From: an uncultured Methanosarcinales archaeon
Lineage (GTDB): Archaea > Nanobdellota > Nanobdellia > Woesearchaeales > DSVV01
Direction: 5' to 3'
DNA length: 64,000 nucleotides
NCBI GenBank assembly: GCA_964452935.1
Contig: CAYVNO010000001.1
Coordinates: forward strand, 25,537 to 89,536
Of this stretch, positions 63,428 to 64,000 are shown piece by piece. Position 1 is the stretch's first letter, and the number at the start of each line of letters is the position of its first letter. The notes under the pieces are model-generated. The model did not search any database, had not been told where the DNA came from, and saw only the letters and a list, made by a program, of their open reading frames with translations. The translations under genes were made by a program, and so were the position numbers.

Positions 63428-64000
63428 ATGAATCCGCCAGTATATAGGCCTGTTAGAATTGGTGCTTTAAGTACTGATACTTCAGGGGAGAATGGGGAAA
63501 AGAAGGTACCAGATAGATTAGATGAATTAGTTGAAAAATTATCTAATGAGTTAGGTAGGGATAATGTTTCTGTGGAACATAAACTTGTTCGTGAGCATAC
63601 TTCTGATAATCCAACTTTTATGCATCTTGTTGAATATTATAAACCTTATCTTAAAGAACTTGTTGAAGAAAAAAAAGTTGATGTTCTGTTTGTTAATGGT
63701 GGGGATGGGACAATGCAGATTGTAATTTCCGCATTGGTTGAGTTATATAGGGATACTCCTAAAATGATTCCAAAAATACGTCCTGGAAGGGGCGGAACAC
63801 AGAATATAAGTGCTGATTCTCTTGATGTTCCTAGAAAAAGTTTGTTGGATGGGTTATTGGGAAAAACTTCTCCTGAGATTGCTTTAGATGATTTAGTTAG
63901 AAAATGTAGTGGGATGTACATTGATGACATGGATGAAGGGGTTAATGATTTAGATAGATGTGTTGAAAGATATCATGTTTTAAAGGTTGAAGATGGAAAT
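63428..64000 (+). CDS. Partial CDS, with the 3' end outside the window, encoding a diacylglycerol/NAD kinase catalytic-domain (DAGK_cat) protein
   Basis: VLFVNGGDGTM is the GGDGT motif. The ATG is at 63428. There is no stop before the window end, so it is not in the ORF track. Confidence 0.55.
   Translation, partial: MNPPVYRPVRIGALSTDTSGENGEKKVPDRLDELVEKLSNELGRDNVSVEHKLVREHTSDNPTFMHLVEYYKPYLKELVEEKKVDVLFVNGGDGTMQIVISALVELYRDTPKMIPKIRPGRGGTQNISADSLDVPRKSLLDGLLGKTSPEIALDDLVRKCSGMYIDDMDEGVNDLDRCVERYHVLKVEDGN

Noticed and set aside
63646-63930. Minus-strand 94-aa ORF
   Set aside because: It lies antisense within the partial DAGK_cat-domain CDS (63428 to window end), which has a clear GGDGT motif. 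It is a shadow ORF.

Overview
This window is a low-GC, AT-rich archaeal chromosome segment, most consistent with a DPANN-like archaeon. The archaeal assignment rests on the ribosomal proteins L1, L10/P0, L12/P1, S24e, S27ae and L37ae, on Spt4, RpoE', RpoP, Pcc1, prefoldin beta and aRF1, and on an archaeal histone, CarS, Elp3 and a beta-CASP RNase. Genes are densely packed on both strands with frequent 4-nt ATGA overlaps. Core content includes the L1-L10-L12 operon, the RpoE'-Spt4-S24e-S27ae cluster, an exosome-superoperon-like run (tRNA-Pro, L37ae, RpoP, Pcc1, PfdB, UPF0147), a lipid head-group cluster (psd, pssA, a PAP2-like gene, carS), pgk, ITPase, argG/argH, thrC, a bacterial-type MetK, and a P-type ATPase. 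PpsA is interrupted by a LAGLIDADG intein at its catalytic His motif, and tRNA-Pro(UGG) carries a non-canonical T-loop insertion. Accessory content includes a DinD/Zn-finger/HNH cluster next to the histone gene, a paired FGase-like hydrolase and GCS2-like amidoligase, and a higher-GC gene trio with an RGG-box protein. There is also a stand-alone PEP-synthase N-domain paralog placed divergently from a HEPN-like gene. An AbiEi/AbiEii cassette is inserted with a duplicated copy of the 3' end of a neighbouring radical SAM gene, and a small gene is bracketed by repeated hairpin elements. The strongest candidate for a novel system is an island spanning roughly 49.7-56.7 kb. It holds an AbrB-PhoU-like regulator and a three-gene overlapping operon. 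The operon genes are a RelA/SpoT-like nucleotidyltransferase, a 45-aa RHH protein and a 729-aa protein with an APH-like kinase domain. The same island holds a Fic gene bracketed by palindromic direct repeats, and a paralogous RHH gene fused by overlap to a beta-CASP RNase.
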